A stretch of 62,898 nt of DNA, filler included, from Globobulimina sp. (taxonomy: Eukaryota): NCBI GenBank assembly GCA_003354225.1. It is 42 parts of 42 records of this genome, joined end to end, with 100 filler letters (N's around TTAATTAATTAA, not from the genome) between each part and the next. Parts side by side here need not be neighbours in the genome. Positions count along the whole stretch, not along the records: positions 1 to 1,401 come from PIVH01017272.1; positions 1,502 to 2,902 come from PIVH01017273.1; positions 3,003 to 4,403 come from PIVH01017274.1; positions 4,504 to 5,904 come from PIVH01017275.1; positions 6,005 to 7,405 come from PIVH01017276.1; positions 7,506 to 8,906 come from PIVH01017277.1; positions 9,007 to 10,407 come from PIVH01017278.1; positions 10,508 to 11,908 come from PIVH01017279.1; 34 more parts are not named here. One strand, given 5' to 3'. The notes under the pieces are model-generated. The model was given only the letters and a program-made list of their open reading frames with translations. It was not told where the DNA came from and did not search any database. Numbering within the stretch: the first letter of the stretch is position 1; each line of letters starts with the position of its first letter. The position numbers and the translations under genes were made by a program. Below, piece after piece: positions 1 through 12,485 of this stretch.

Positions 1-20
1 AAAATAAACGATTAAAGGAC

Positions 21-629
21 ATGGAAATTGATTATCAATTATTTACAACACATATTGATGCCGATTATGATGAAATGAATGGAATGTTGGCAGAGTTACA
101 AAGTACAAATCAAGAAAAAGAAGAAGAATTGAATAAAGTGAAAGATTTTATGCAACAGAAAGAAAATGAAAATAAAACATTACGGATTTCGGTGAATTCC
201 AATAAAAACACGATAAAAGAATTAGAAACAATGTTAAATGGTTTAAAAACGAATGAAAACGAATTTGAAAATAAGAAAAAAGAGATTGATGATTTAAATG
301 CAAAGATTAATGGTGAATTAAATGAGAATAAATCAAAATGTAGATATTCGACATCGTATATAAGCCATGGTGTCGACAATGAGATACATACGAAATATGT
401 TGGAGAATTAGAATGTATTAAAATTGAATATAACAAATTAATAAATAATATGCAAAATAAACATCAAGGACTAGAAGCAAAATATATGCAAACTAAACAA
501 GAATTAATTTGTTCAAAGGAATTATTAAAAGAGATTGAAAGTTCAAAAGTTGAATTAGTTACTAATTTTTCTGTGGAAATGAATAGAATTAGAGGTATTA
601 TTAGAAAACAAAATAAGTCTTTGTCATAA
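21..629 (+). CDS. Coiled-coil protein, probably 5'-partial
   Basis: 202-aa E/K/N/L-rich heptad ORF at contig start. Confidence 0.55.
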   Translation: MEIDYQLFTTHIDADYDEMNGMLAELQSTNQEKEEELNKVKDFMQQKENENKTLRISVNSNKNTIKELETMLNGLKTNENEFENKKKEIDDLNAKINGELNENKSKCRYSTSYISHGVDNEIHTKYVGELECIKIEYNKLINNMQNKHQGLEAKYMQTKQELICSKELLKEIESSKVELVTNFSVEMNRIRGIIRKQNKSLS

Positions 630-1401
630 AATATTATTAACTTACTTTGAATCGTATTTTCAGAGTTTGTGTGTTTTTTTGTATAAATTATTTATACACT
701 CCACTCGCAATATATATATTTTTTTTGTATGTTATACTTATATTTTTTATACTTATAATTTATATTCACTCATCCAAAAGAATTGCAATCTAATTAGTTG
801 TATGTTCAACCTTTGGTTTCGTACAAAAGCGGAAAATCACAATAATCAACACCGAAATAAAAACTCTCGTTCAATGTTGTATCATAGTCACAACCACCAG
901 AAATGATTGATATTTAATAAGCTGTTATAGATTCTGATAACGTTTACATTGTCTTGATTGTGATGATATTGAACAAAACTTTTTTAGTGAGTTCAGTCAG
1001 ATAATGTGGACAGTTATTTTGTTAGTGGTTGCTGTAATACCCAAAGCATCCTCGTATGCTGATGTTGTGAATGAATTAAAAGTTATATAGAAACGAATGA
1101 AACATTTGCATTTGAAGTAAATGAAACATTCATTGAAGGAGGACATGGACCAAACTCATCATCTCCAGTCACATATAATGATATGTACAAATTTTGGGAT
1201 TTTTGGATTACGAATGCTCCAATGTACAATGATACATTTTTACACACCATTTATCATTTTGGTACCACAAAGACAGGCAATTCAATATTGGCAAACGTAA
1301 ATTTTATGCGGATGCCGGGAGGAATCTTTTTGAGTGAGGAATCCTTGAAATCTTTTTGAGTGAGGGTAAGTCCTAACATCTTGCATGTCGGAGGATTCGA
1401 T

Positions 1402-1501
1402 NNNNNNNNNNNNNNNNNNNNNNNNNNNNNNNNNNNNNNNNNNNNTTAATTAATTAANNNNNNNNNNNNNNNNNNNNNNNNNNNNNNNNNNNNNNNNNNN
1501 N
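1402..1501. other. Artificial 100-bp contig spacer (first of 41, recurring about every 1500 bp to 61400-61499)
   Basis: 44 N + TTAATTAATTAA (stops in all six frames) + 44 N; intervening contigs are exactly 1401, 1400 then 1399 bp. Confidence 0.99.
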
Positions 1502-1717
1502 TTTATTGTTACGGATTATTTTATGCGAAGGCCAAATAATCGGAGTGTTTGTTCTTAATGAATGTTTCTGAATTATTTTACCTAATTCTGTAATTTTATT
1601 TGCTTTGTCATATCCAAATTCTTCTGACGCTTTAATAAATTGTTTACATTCATGTATCGATAATATATTATGAAAATAATACATATCTTTCCCTTTAAAC
1701 TGCTCATTTTCATCCAT
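1502..1717 (-). CDS. 2OG-Fe(II) oxygenase / prolyl 4-hydroxylase-like N-terminus, truncated by contig end
   Basis: FHNILSIHECKQFIKASEEFGY matches the NxLSxxECxxxI start typical of P4Hc-like domains. Confidence 0.55.
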
Positions 1718-2042
1718 ATATATTATTTTCTGTGTTTGTACATATTTATCCTTTACCCACCATAATGGAAACGTTTTATAACATGATAGCTCAGGATTTG
1801 TATGTTTGAGCTGATCTGGTTCTTCACCCTATGTTAAATTTAACTCATCCAACTCCGAACTGAGCGCCATATTCATAACTAAGCAAAGTAAAAAACTCTC
1901 CATTTTCTGTCTATTATATATTCAGATGAATCATCAAACACTTTACATATCAAATATGGCTGGTTCTCGTAGAAACATTTAAAGATTTTCGTGAAGTGTG
2001 TTGGTTTTTTTGTACCTAGCTCACAAACTTTTGTTTTGTACA

Positions 2043-2902
2043 ATGTCCAAACCAAGCAAATACGTATGGTCATTCAACCGCTTTCTACCGCAATTTGGGG
2101 AACCTTTGTCCACCGAAGAATATCTCACCAAAAACAATAGCAAATACACTGTGTGCCAATATTACACTTTCCTCGAACGCGAATACAGTGTGCCCTTATC
2201 ACACACTTTAGAATCTATCTATGGCCACTCACTAAACATTCCCATCGATATCATTAACATCATCACCGTGTACAACAGCGGCGGAATCATCTACGATTAT
2301 ACCAAATCATTCGAACAATACACGACGGGCAACATCGTGTATATGACGCCCATCATTCTCGGCTACATTGAAACTTTCCTCTTCCTCTCCATATTCCTGA
2401 TCATGTATTTGATGCATTTTCAATTCAAATATGGCCTCTTCCCTCAGACAAACACCTACAACGCGCTCAATACCTTATTACTAACCGTCGCCATGGCATA
2501 CTCGCTCACTTTATGCATCCACACAATTTGCGTCTTTATCAGTTACAACAAATGCAAACAGTACGAAGTGATCATCCGTCATTTCAAACGTTCCTTGTAT
2601 TCCAACAAAAACTTCAATTCCCACATCCAAATATTAAATATGAAGTCTCTACGCTCCGTAGAATCTGCCCTCGACCACGACGGCGAAGAGGAGCAGCAAC
2701 ACATTTCTCTGTCGCTGACCTCGCAAAATGCGCATAATTATGGCATTGACAGCGATGTCGACATCGATATTGAAATGGAGGAAGATGGCATGATAATGGC
2801 GTCCCAGTCTCATACGGTGAGCAGCAGCGACATTATGGACCGATGGCAGTGGACAGAAACTTACAAAGCGAGCTCTAAGAGCGACACCGACGAATATCTC
2901 TC
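2043..2902 (+). CDS. Hypothetical membrane protein, 3'-partial
   Basis: Long ORF with two hydrophobic helices and an acidic tail. Confidence 0.55.
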
Positions 2903-3122
2903 NNNNNNNNNNNNNNNNNNNNNNNNNNNNNNNNNNNNNNNNNNNNTTAATTAATTAANNNNNNNNNNNNNNNNNNNNNNNNNNNNNNNNNNNNNNNNNN
3001 NNAATTCCCATTTACATCAATATCATCGAGCCATAGCCATAGAAATAGAAATAGAAATAGAACATTCAGCAAATATCAACTTTACACATATCATTCTACT
3101 CACTTTTGTTCATATCCTACAG

Positions 3123-4072
3123 AAGTAACAGAACCAGAATCATCAACAGGTACTGTATCTTATTAATGTTCTTCTGTGCAAGGATATATTCACAACTTAC
3201 ACCTATAAATGATGTATAATTCAGCTGTTAATCAGCTATTACAGCAAATACATTCCTTAGAAGAACGGCATAAATGTAGAAGTGTGGTCGATGCCATCTT
3301 ATTAGATCCACGCGTCAAAATGCCATATGATGAATATATGCAATTATGTGCAAAAAGTGACTTAAATCCAGAACAAGCAAAAACATTATCGGACGCATTG
3401 CATACAAGTGGAATAATTTGGTATTTTAAGCAATATTTTGAGGAGCAAAAGCCATTAATTATTAAAACAAACGAAGTGTGTAAAGCATTTCTACGCAGTT
3501 TAGATTTGGATGGAACAATACGCGGTGAATTTGTTAAAGATAAGAAAGAGTCGTTGAAAAAATATTTATTAGAGATCAAACCTTTGGAGGAACAGCACGA
3601 AGAAATTGAATTGAGAGCAAGGAAATATGTGCGTTTATGTTGGCGTATATTCTTTGGCTATGTAGTGGTTCATTGCATGGCTGTGCCATATTTGACGTTT
3701 TGGAGATATTCGTGGGATATTATGGAACCGGTGACTTATATGTTTAATTTGTGGACATTGTTTATGGGGACATGGTTTTATTTGAATGCCAATTCTGATT
3801 TTAGTTATGATGGCATTTCATCGTCGATTTTGAGAATGAGGAAAGAGAAATTATATAAAAAATATAATTTTGATATTGCGAGATATGCATTGTTGCAAGA
3901 TAAGATTGCCGAAATTGAGGATGATTTATTTAATCCTGAATGGGAAATGTTAAAATCTGTACATCCGCAATTGCCGGATTATATAAAACATATTCATTTA
4001 ACACCACATGAGTTGCTTAGAAGTTATGAATCGGAACAATTAAAGGAACCACACTCACCATTAACAGCGTAG
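3123..4072 (+). CDS. MCU: Mitochondrial calcium uniporter, 5'-partial; intron 3150-3224
   Basis: Coiled coil, two TMs flanking the WDIMEPVTY (DIME) filter; GT-AG intron joins ESST|AVN in frame. Confidence 0.93.
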
Positions 4073-4638
4073 TTACTGTGTCAATTTGTTCAATAGTCAT
4101 AAATCATTACTTTACTACTTTAATTGTTGTTTGTTTGAGGTGGTTGCTTCAATTACGAGAGATAGGCCGTTTAACGCTAAAACGTTATGCGTGAACGAGC
4201 GCGGTCGCGCTTTGAATCACAGTTTGTATCTATATGTAAAAATAATATAATTAATAAAATTAATATAATCATCAATGAGACCAGGGATGAAGGCATAAGC
4301 GTCTCTTGCGCCGACATCTCCCACCAAACGGATTGACAATCACAAAATAAAAGTAACGAAAGGATTGATAGAGATAAAATGTACTAAAAATACAGTTGAA
4401 GTANNNNNNNNNNNNNNNNNNNNNNNNNNNNNNNNNNNNNNNNNNNNTTAATTAATTAANNNNNNNNNNNNNNNNNNNNNNNNNNNNNNNNNNNNNNNNN
4501 NNNGAAATGAGAGAAAAAAAAAAAGAAAAAAAAAGAAGAATAACGAGATAAAGGTGGCGACAAAAACATTGCGACAAAAACAATTATTGTCAAAGTTTAG
4601 AGTCGATCCAATATAATCTGGTGATATTAAATTAATAC

Positions 4639-5901
4639 ATGTCCAAAATATCAAAATATCGCCATATTATACTGCATCGATATCGTTTCTTATTCCACAG
4701 CTCACACAGTTCATATTCAACAAATTTGTATCAAACTTTTGTTGAAAGTGCAGAAATATATAATAGAAATATTATATATTCATCCCTAACATCCCGCGGA
4801 TATAAACAAATGGAAAAAATAAGTACAACATTGCAAGGAAACGTATTCATTGCATGTAAGACATCGTTGCATATTGATTGTGTATTGATTTATGGATATT
4901 TGCGAGGCATAGTTTATGATGATATAAAGTATAAAATGAATGATAATCACAAAGCAATTATACAGATTTGTTATACGTATTACAAACAAGATATTGTTGT
5001 AAAAACAGCGAATAAATGCTTTTATAATGACGCAGCAATTAAACCGCAATCGGAAAATATGGAGAATATTATTAAAGAATCACATTTCCAGTCCATATTT
5101 ATGAAAAACAATGCACCAAAATCTATGATAAAACACATAGATTTTTTCCAAGATGACAGCAATTATTACTTAGTGATGGAAAAAGGAGGAAATGAGGATT
5201 TGTTTGAATTTAATTGCAAAGCACATAAGTTAATAAATAGCGGTAAATTGGACATTTGTGATTGGAGAAAAACAGTGAAACACATTTTTTATAAAATTGT
5301 TAAATTTATTTATTGGCTGCACCATAATATGAACAGCTGTTATTTAGATGTATCATTAGAAAATGTTATAATTAGTAATCACGTATATTTCGATGAAGAT
5401 ATTGCTTCATTCAATTGTGACAATGTAGATATAAAATTTGTTGATTTTGGCGTAACAGAAATGTTTGATAGTACTGGTAATGATATGTTTTTGTGCAATA
5501 AACACGTTGGAAAGGTTAGTTACTGTGCGCCCAAAATATATGATAAAAAAACGTATATGGCCAACAAAGCGGATATATATTCATTGGGCATTTGTTTCTG
5601 GTTATTATCGTTTGGTGCGCCACCATACAGTTTGCCCAATTGCAGTGATCCGTATTTTAAGGTAATAAAAGAAGGCAAAATGTTGAAATTACTGAAATGT
5701 TGGAATAGATTACATTACATTGATGATGATCAGTTACAATTATTAGTAGGAATGCTATGCATTGATGAAAAAAAAAGATTATCAATGGATGAGATTATTA
5801 ATCATGTTTGGTTTAAAGAGTGTGTCGCACCAACTTGCATTCTATCGCTTGCTGACTCAAATACCGTAGAGACAGATGACGATTTTGTTGAGGTGGATTG
5901 A
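4639..5901 (+). CDS. Ser/Thr protein kinase (start uncertain)
   Basis: VVK, YLDVSLEN catalytic loop, DFG, GKVSYCAPK, ADIYSLG, HVWF. Confidence 0.9.
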   Translation: MSKISKYRHIILHRYRFLFHSSHSSYSTNLYQTFVESAEIYNRNIIYSSLTSRGYKQMEKISTTLQGNVFIACKTSLHIDCVLIYGYLRGIVYDDIKYKMNDNHKAIIQICYTYYKQDIVVKTANKCFYNDAAIKPQSENMENIIKESHFQSIFMKNNAPKSMIKHIDFFQDDSNYYLVMEKGGNEDLFEFNCKAHKLINSGKLDICDWRKTVKHIFYKIVKFIYWLHHNMNSCYLDVSLENVIISNHVYFDEDIASFNCDNVDIKFVDFGVTEMFDSTGNDMFLCNKHVGKVSYCAPKIYDKKTYMANKADIYSLGICFWLLSFGAPPYSLPNCSDPYFKVIKEGKMLKLLKCWNRLHYIDDDQLQLLVGMLCIDEKKRLSMDEIINHVWFKECVAPTCILSLADSNTVETDDDFVEVD

Positions 5902-6004
5902 CAANNNNNNNNNNNNNNNNNNNNNNNNNNNNNNNNNNNNNNNNNNNNTTAATTAATTAANNNNNNNNNNNNNNNNNNNNNNNNNNNNNNNNNNNNNNNN
6001 NNNN

Positions 6005-6210
6005 CCTTTGCCAATCCCTTCAATAAGTAATGGGGTTTGAAAATAGGCCTGGGTTGCACCGAGTAAACGAAGGATCTCAAGTTCATCCTGTCGGCTGACG
6101 ACAGTTAGTCTGATGGTACTGGCTACCATAAAAGTAGCGGTGAGAACAAGTAGACTGCCGCTGCATATAACTATTAGTTGAATGAGTTGGGTGAATGAAC
6201 CAAATCTCCA
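6005..6210 (-). CDS. ftsX: Bacterial FtsX permease C-terminal fragment (chimeric segment)
   Basis: TIRLTVVSRQDELEILRLLGATQAYFQTPLLIEG is the FtsX signature; codon usage differs from flanking DNA. Confidence 0.85.
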
Positions 6211-6214
6211 TAGG

Positions 6215-7405
6215 AACATTACTGTACTTGTCCAAGGTATCACCACCTATAAAACTTTTTATTCCTTTAACACACCCAAAACAATGATCATTCCCGAAAA
6301 AATAAATATCAATGTATTACAAATATAGCTAAAAACCTCCCAAAATGCGTGCAATGATTCTTGGACAGACGGCGTGATGGCGGATTGGTATTTGCTGACA
6401 CATAAACCCAAAAAGACGCAGCCCAGCACCCCCGACGCATGAATGTGTTCAGAGAACCCATTCTCACAAAACCAATAACATAAATAGCACGCAATGAGTG
6501 TCACAACAATCTCAATCCTCTCATCGTTGAATACCAAACGTATCCATACAACCACAATTAAACCAGAAACAACGCCGACTGCAATTCACAATAAAATGTT
6601 CAAAATAGCATTGCAAATAAATATAGGTTTAACTGATGAGGCCGCCAAAAGTCAACGATGCAAATTGCACTACAATCTCTCCAGCGGTTGGCGGTGATGA
6701 CTCTGTTATAAATTGCGATGTCACTACGAATAAAACAAAGGCACTGCCATCATTCAGCAACGATTCGCCTTCAATTAATGTGGCCAATTTTGGCGAGGCT
6801 CCCAATTCGCGCAATAATGACACAACGGCGACAGGATCGGTGGCTGAGATTATCGATGAAAATGTCAGTGATTCAGACCATGACCAACCATATGGGAATA
6901 CATAATAACAGAATATTGATGTAAACATTACATTTAATAGAACACCTTTGCGGCAATACAAATTTTATAATTATATATATGTTTATGAGTGGATATAATT
7001 TTAAGATATTTGCACAAAACCTGGTATCGCTAATATTATGGCTTGGACAAACTCTCTACGAATGATATGGTAATCAGTGCCGAAGGCAGACTCAAAAACT
7101 AATGGAGGTATGAAAATTGCCAATAACATATCAGGACTCAATGATTCAATTAAATTCACAGAATCGCCAAATAATGTCGTACCAGAAATAGATTGCTCGA
7201 TCCACCCAAATATCATTCCAACTAATAATAAAAGCACAGTGTATGGTAATATTAATCGAAATTCTATGCAAATGTGTCGCAGGATATTGCCAACCAAAAG
7301 GCATATTGGGATGATAAATAGTAATTGTTTCACTTCAGCATCATCCTTATCATCAGTACCATTGATATTATTTGCAAGTGTGGCAGTTGTATTAAACGGG
7401 TCCAT
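6215..7405 (-). CDS. CPA1 Na+/H+ exchanger (SOS1/NHX7/SLC9C-like) N-terminal part; introns 6946-7020 and 6579-6633, possible 29-nt intron 6247-6275
   Basis: LPYTVLLL, FIPPLVFESAF, SATDPVAVVSLLRELG, IEGESLLNDG, HASGVL; GT-AG introns restore frame. Confidence 0.92.
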
Positions 7406-7505
7406 NNNNNNNNNNNNNNNNNNNNNNNNNNNNNNNNNNNNNNNNNNNNTTAATTAATTAANNNNNNNNNNNNNNNNNNNNNNNNNNNNNNNNNNNNNNN
7501 NNNNN

Positions 7506-8906
7506 GGAGTTGCTGGCAAAATTAATAAGGCAGTGGATATATTGGATAATACTCCAAACATTAACTCAGTGATACTCAACACAATGATGAAATGTTTAAT
7601 TAATAGTAATTACAGTCAGTATGCATTGAAACTGTATGATAAATATCAACATTTAAGCAATCAAAAAACAAATGTGTTGGCACTGAAAGCGTGTGCAAGA
7701 ATTCCTGACTTTAAAAAAGGAAAAGAAATAATAATCAATCACAATAATAACAACATTCATTTTAACAATACACGGATATATTTCTATGGCAATTGTGGCG
7801 ATATTTCATCAGCGATTAATACATTTAATTCAATGGCAAATAATAAGAGAGATATGGTAACACATAATGCGATGTGTGGTGCATATTTAAGTAATAATTT
7901 ATATGAAAATGTGTTATTTCTTTATGATCAGAATTTGAATAATATTAATATTAGTAATCATATCTCACATATATTGGCATTGACTGCATGCATTAAAATG
8001 AATAATTTTGAGAAAGGAAAGGAAATTCATTATCACATAATAAATAATACTGATAATACCAGTATTAAATTAGCACTTTCATTGATACACTTTTACAGTC
8101 ATTTTGGTGATATTTCAATGGTTGAAACAATATTTAATTCCATTGCAGTTAAAAACAGTCAATGCATTGGTGTTATTATGAAAGCATACATTGATAATAA
8201 ATATTATGAAAAATCATTGCAAATCTATCAAGAATCCCAGTCATTGCAATTAAACAATGACATCACAAATGTACTGGCATTGAAAGCCTGTATACTAAAA
8301 AATGATTTTGAGGCTGGAAAGCGTATTCATTCGCAAATAGCAAAGAATAAAAACAATATTCACGTTGAAAACATTTTAATTGATTTTTATGGACATTTCA
8401 AAGATATTCGAGAAGCAGAAAATATATTTAATGCGATAGCAGATAATAAGAAAGATATAATAAGCATTAATTCGATGATGGATGCGTACTTTAATTGTTT
8501 TATGTATTCAAAATCAATAAACGTATTTCAAAGCATTGAGAAGTACAATGATAATATTGTTCCAGATGCAATTTGCTATTCCATTGCTATTAAATCATGC
8601 GTCCAATGCACTGCCTATCATATTGGCATTGAAATTGACAAAAAATTAAAAAAATCAAACATTCGAAATAATTTATCAGTTCTTATTAATTTATGCGAAT
8701 TATATGGGAAATGTGGTATGATATCGGATATAGAATTGATAAGTTTTGAGTATAAACATTTGAATGAAATTGCTTTTTTTAATGCAGTCCTGAAAGCATT
8801 TGGTCGCAATGGTTATTTGCAAAAAGCAAAACAAACATTTGATGGAATACAAAGTCCAAATCGCAAGACATATTTAATATTATTAAATGCGTGCAATCAT
8901 TGTGGT
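7506..8906 (+). CDS. Pentatricopeptide repeat protein (PLS-like), internal fragment
   Basis: Repeats ALKAC...GKEIH...LIxFYGxxG, ending TYLILLNACNHCG. Confidence 0.9.
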
Positions 8907-9152
8907 NNNNNNNNNNNNNNNNNNNNNNNNNNNNNNNNNNNNNNNNNNNNTTAATTAATTAANNNNNNNNNNNNNNNNNNNNNNNNNNNNNNNNNNNNNN
9001 NNNNNNTTGAAAGTCAAAATTCAATTCTTAAAGGTTGTGTTTCATCGGGGACCATTAACATTTTATTATTAACCTATTTTCCTTCCCATGATTGATATAT
9101 AATTCATCCTTAGTCTGATTATACGTATGAGTAGCGGATTTTTTGACTGACA

Positions 9153-10295
9153 ATGGCAGACTGGAAACATGTTGTCTCTGCTATTGCAGTTTTAACAATT
9201 GCTGCTGTTGGAGTTTATATCCTTGTGAAACAACAAAATAACAACAAATCATACAGTTCGCATCGTGGTTCGGATCATGATGAAAACACAAAAAAGTCAG
9301 AAAATGAAAAGAAAGAGAAAGAAATGACATCAACAAAACAGGATAATAGATATCAAATAAAAAAGACACAAAAATTGTTGACAAAACATGACGATGCAAG
9401 GAAAGAGGAAGAAATAACAGGTCATAATAACGAGTGGAAGAAAAAATATGTAGTCAATAATATTGATTTTGAGAAATTAAGAACTCACAGAACATTCAAA
9501 AGAAATCCAGAAAACGCACGAAAGACGAAACCAATAAAAATGAAAAAATCAAAGGTTCAGCAACGCAGTGAATTGGATCAAAAAATGAATTTACTCGTTA
9601 ACGGATATTGTCATCGAAATGGTATTTTTATAGTATCAAACATCGTTGATATAGTTTTTAAATATTTTCGCAGTTCATTCAGTGAATTAAAATCGCAGTT
9701 CATTTTTAATAAAGAAAAGAAGAGTTATTTTGTTGGTGATGGTGTTGAATTTGTTGATGATAACAATGTTATTTTAAGGGGACCAAATATTGCTATGATT
9801 GATTATATGATTTCCAATACGAATGGGAATGTATTTGAATGGCAAATTAAAATGAATACAATTGGAAGTTCGAGTTATATCGGTTTTGTGGATGCTGATA
9901 TATTTCCAGGATACCCATCATCTTTACATCCAGTATCAAGAGTTTCTGGTTTTAATGACTTTGTATTTGATGATGAAAGTAAAAAATATGGATTTTGTAT
10001 GACTGTCAGTTTAAACACAAGTTGGTTTTGTAGATACTCCAAATATCATTGTGAAGAGAAGGAAATCGAATGTCATATCACTTCATATAAATTAGGTAGA
10101 GGGGAAATATGCGTTCCACATTTCCTAAATGGCGATATATTCAGATTTAGAGTAAATTTTGCAAAAAGAAGATGTGATTTATTTGTTAATGATGAGCTTT
10201 TTTGGGAAAAGATATTTATTAAGATTCCAAATAGGATAATTGCGGGCGTTTCTAATTCGGGAGGAATCTCAGAATTAAATGTAACATCATGTTAA
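9153..10295 (+). CDS. Membrane-anchored protein with C-terminal SPRY/B30.2-like domain
   Basis: N-terminal TM, charged linker, FEWQIK..YIGFV..GDIFRFRVNF..LFVND pattern. Confidence 0.65.
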   Translation: MADWKHVVSAIAVLTIAAVGVYILVKQQNNNKSYSSHRGSDHDENTKKSENEKKEKEMTSTKQDNRYQIKKTQKLLTKHDDARKEEEITGHNNEWKKKYVVNNIDFEKLRTHRTFKRNPENARKTKPIKMKKSKVQQRSELDQKMNLLVNGYCHRNGIFIVSNIVDIVFKYFRSSFSELKSQFIFNKEKKSYFVGDGVEFVDDNNVILRGPNIAMIDYMISNTNGNVFEWQIKMNTIGSSSYIGFVDADIFPGYPSSLHPVSRVSGFNDFVFDDESKKYGFCMTVSLNTSWFCRYSKYHCEEKEIECHITSYKLGRGEICVPHFLNGDIFRFRVNFAKRRCDLFVNDELFWEKIFIKIPNRIIAGVSNSGGISELNVTSC

Positions 10296-11293
10296 TAACG
10301 AAGACCAAGCATTAATATTTGAGCAAATGCACAAAATTCCTCATATATAATCATCAAACTATCTTTAATTGAAATTGTTGCAGGATTACTTAACTCATTT
10401 GGTCCTANNNNNNNNNNNNNNNNNNNNNNNNNNNNNNNNNNNNNNNNNNNNTTAATTAATTAANNNNNNNNNNNNNNNNNNNNNNNNNNNNNNNNNNNNN
10501 NNNNNNNTACTGTCATTTATCTCTGTGTTTAAAAAAAAATTAAAATCAATGCTTGGTTTGGTTGTGTTGCTACTTTTATCATCGTTCGGGTGTTTTTGAT
10601 GATGATTCTCCATCGCGAACTAATTCGTGGTCGAACGAAATGATACAAATTACAGTTAATTCTAGTTCAAGATGAAAAAAAAGGGGATGGTAATGTGGGA
10701 AAAATGTGAAGTTAGAGAAATAAACAAAAACTGTTAATCAAAGCTAGAAGAGCGACTACAGAAATTTGCTTGCTTTTAAAATATTGGAACAGAAATATCC
10801 AAACTTATTCAATTTAATTTGTCGACCTGATTATCAGTGGATTAATTTGGAAATATTAACTGATATTTTCCCGAATGTAAAAGTTATAGAAATCAGGAAT
10901 ATTATGTTAATGTAAAAGTTATATGTTCACAAATAATGGAAGACAATCAATCGATATTTCAGCATGGAAATGTTTCATGGAATTTGAAAAAAATGCTAAT
11001 CAAAGCGAGGAAAGTACCCATCCGACAATATATTCTGTCCGTTACTGTTTTCAACCTCTTTTTAAGTATGAGAACCGCCAATTTATTGTCGCGTATTCAA
11101 TCCAAAGCTGCGAAAAATGTGGCAAAAGAAGCTTAACTTTGTGTGCCAGACAATTTCACGAACCATTATTTTCATTCAGAGACGAACCATTATTTTATCA
11201 TCAGCCGATTCCAGCACAATGCAGCAAATTTCATTTATCATCAAGAAATGGCAGTAAATTTGTATCAAATTCTGCAGGTTCGTAATATACAAA

Positions 11294-11694
11294 TTGTTGT
11301 TTGACATGAAAAACTCCGAACTAATTTTAAACGTCACAGATGTAACAAATAATGAAAATGATTATGGAATCCAGATTGATTTACCAGGCATTCAAAAAGA
11401 TGATATTAACATTTCTGTAAAAAGTATGTGCATATATCGTTTCTGCAACATTCCCCTTACGGACCTTACTAAAATATTATTTAAATTACAATTTAATTAG
11501 ATGGTGTTTTAAGGATTGATGGGGAAAGAAAATGTGAACCATCGGCCCAAGATAATGATACTGAAAATAAAGAAGATGCAGCAGCAGAAAGTACAAAAAA
11601 ACAAGAAGCTGAAAAAGAATATTACAGAAAAACAAGATATTATGGAAAGCTCTCTCAATCTGTAGCACTGCCACAAAATGCATTGGCACATTAA
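11294..11694 (+). pseudogene. Small heat shock protein (HSP20), truncated; intron 11424-11500
   Basis: IQIDLPGIQKDDINISVK|NGVLRIDGERK...RYYGKLSQSVALPQN then stop before the last beta strands; no clean N-terminus. Confidence 0.7.
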
Positions 11695-12485
11695 AAAGTC
11701 GGATCGTTACTCATCTAAACCTCTAATTAATTAAATAAAAACATCAGCGAAAAAACTTTCCTTTTGAAGCATCCTTCCTTCCTTCCTTCCCAAGGTCTTG
11801 CAGTGCTTTTCTATAAAACAGATTGCTCTCTGCACTCCTTGCAAGTTGCAACCAATTGCCCGCCTCCAAAATAAAAATGGAGAGCAACATTCACAAGTTA
11901 ATTAATCGNNNNNNNNNNNNNNNNNNNNNNNNNNNNNNNNNNNNNNNNNNNNTTAATTAATTAANNNNNNNNNNNNNNNNNNNNNNNNNNNNNNNNNNNN
12001 NNNNNNNNTTTAAAATTCAACAAAAAGCAATTAAAAAATGCTAAAGTTAATGATAAAGAACAAATTAACATTTGTGTTGAAGCAGGAACCTCTACAGAAA
12101 TAAAAGCACAGAAATCCATGAAGACAACCACTGGATTAAGGAATGGTAATATTTCAAGATTACATCGTTTAAGAGGCACAGTGCAAGGCCTGAATTGTGA
12201 TGTTGACGCTCATATCAATGCGCTACAGGATGCTAAGAATGAATTAGAGGAAGCAAAGCGGGATGTCACTGAGCTAAAACGAAGCAAAGATCTAACCAAA
12301 AATGATGAACAGAAATGGAAAAGACAACGTCAATATGTTCTGAAAAAAATTGCCGACGATCAAAGCCGATTACAACACAAATTGAAAATAAACCAATCAA
12401 CATTTTCACAATAATTTTATTTTTTTGTTTGTAGATGCTTTATATTAGAATATGATTTGCGACGTTCTCAGTTCATAAATAAAAA

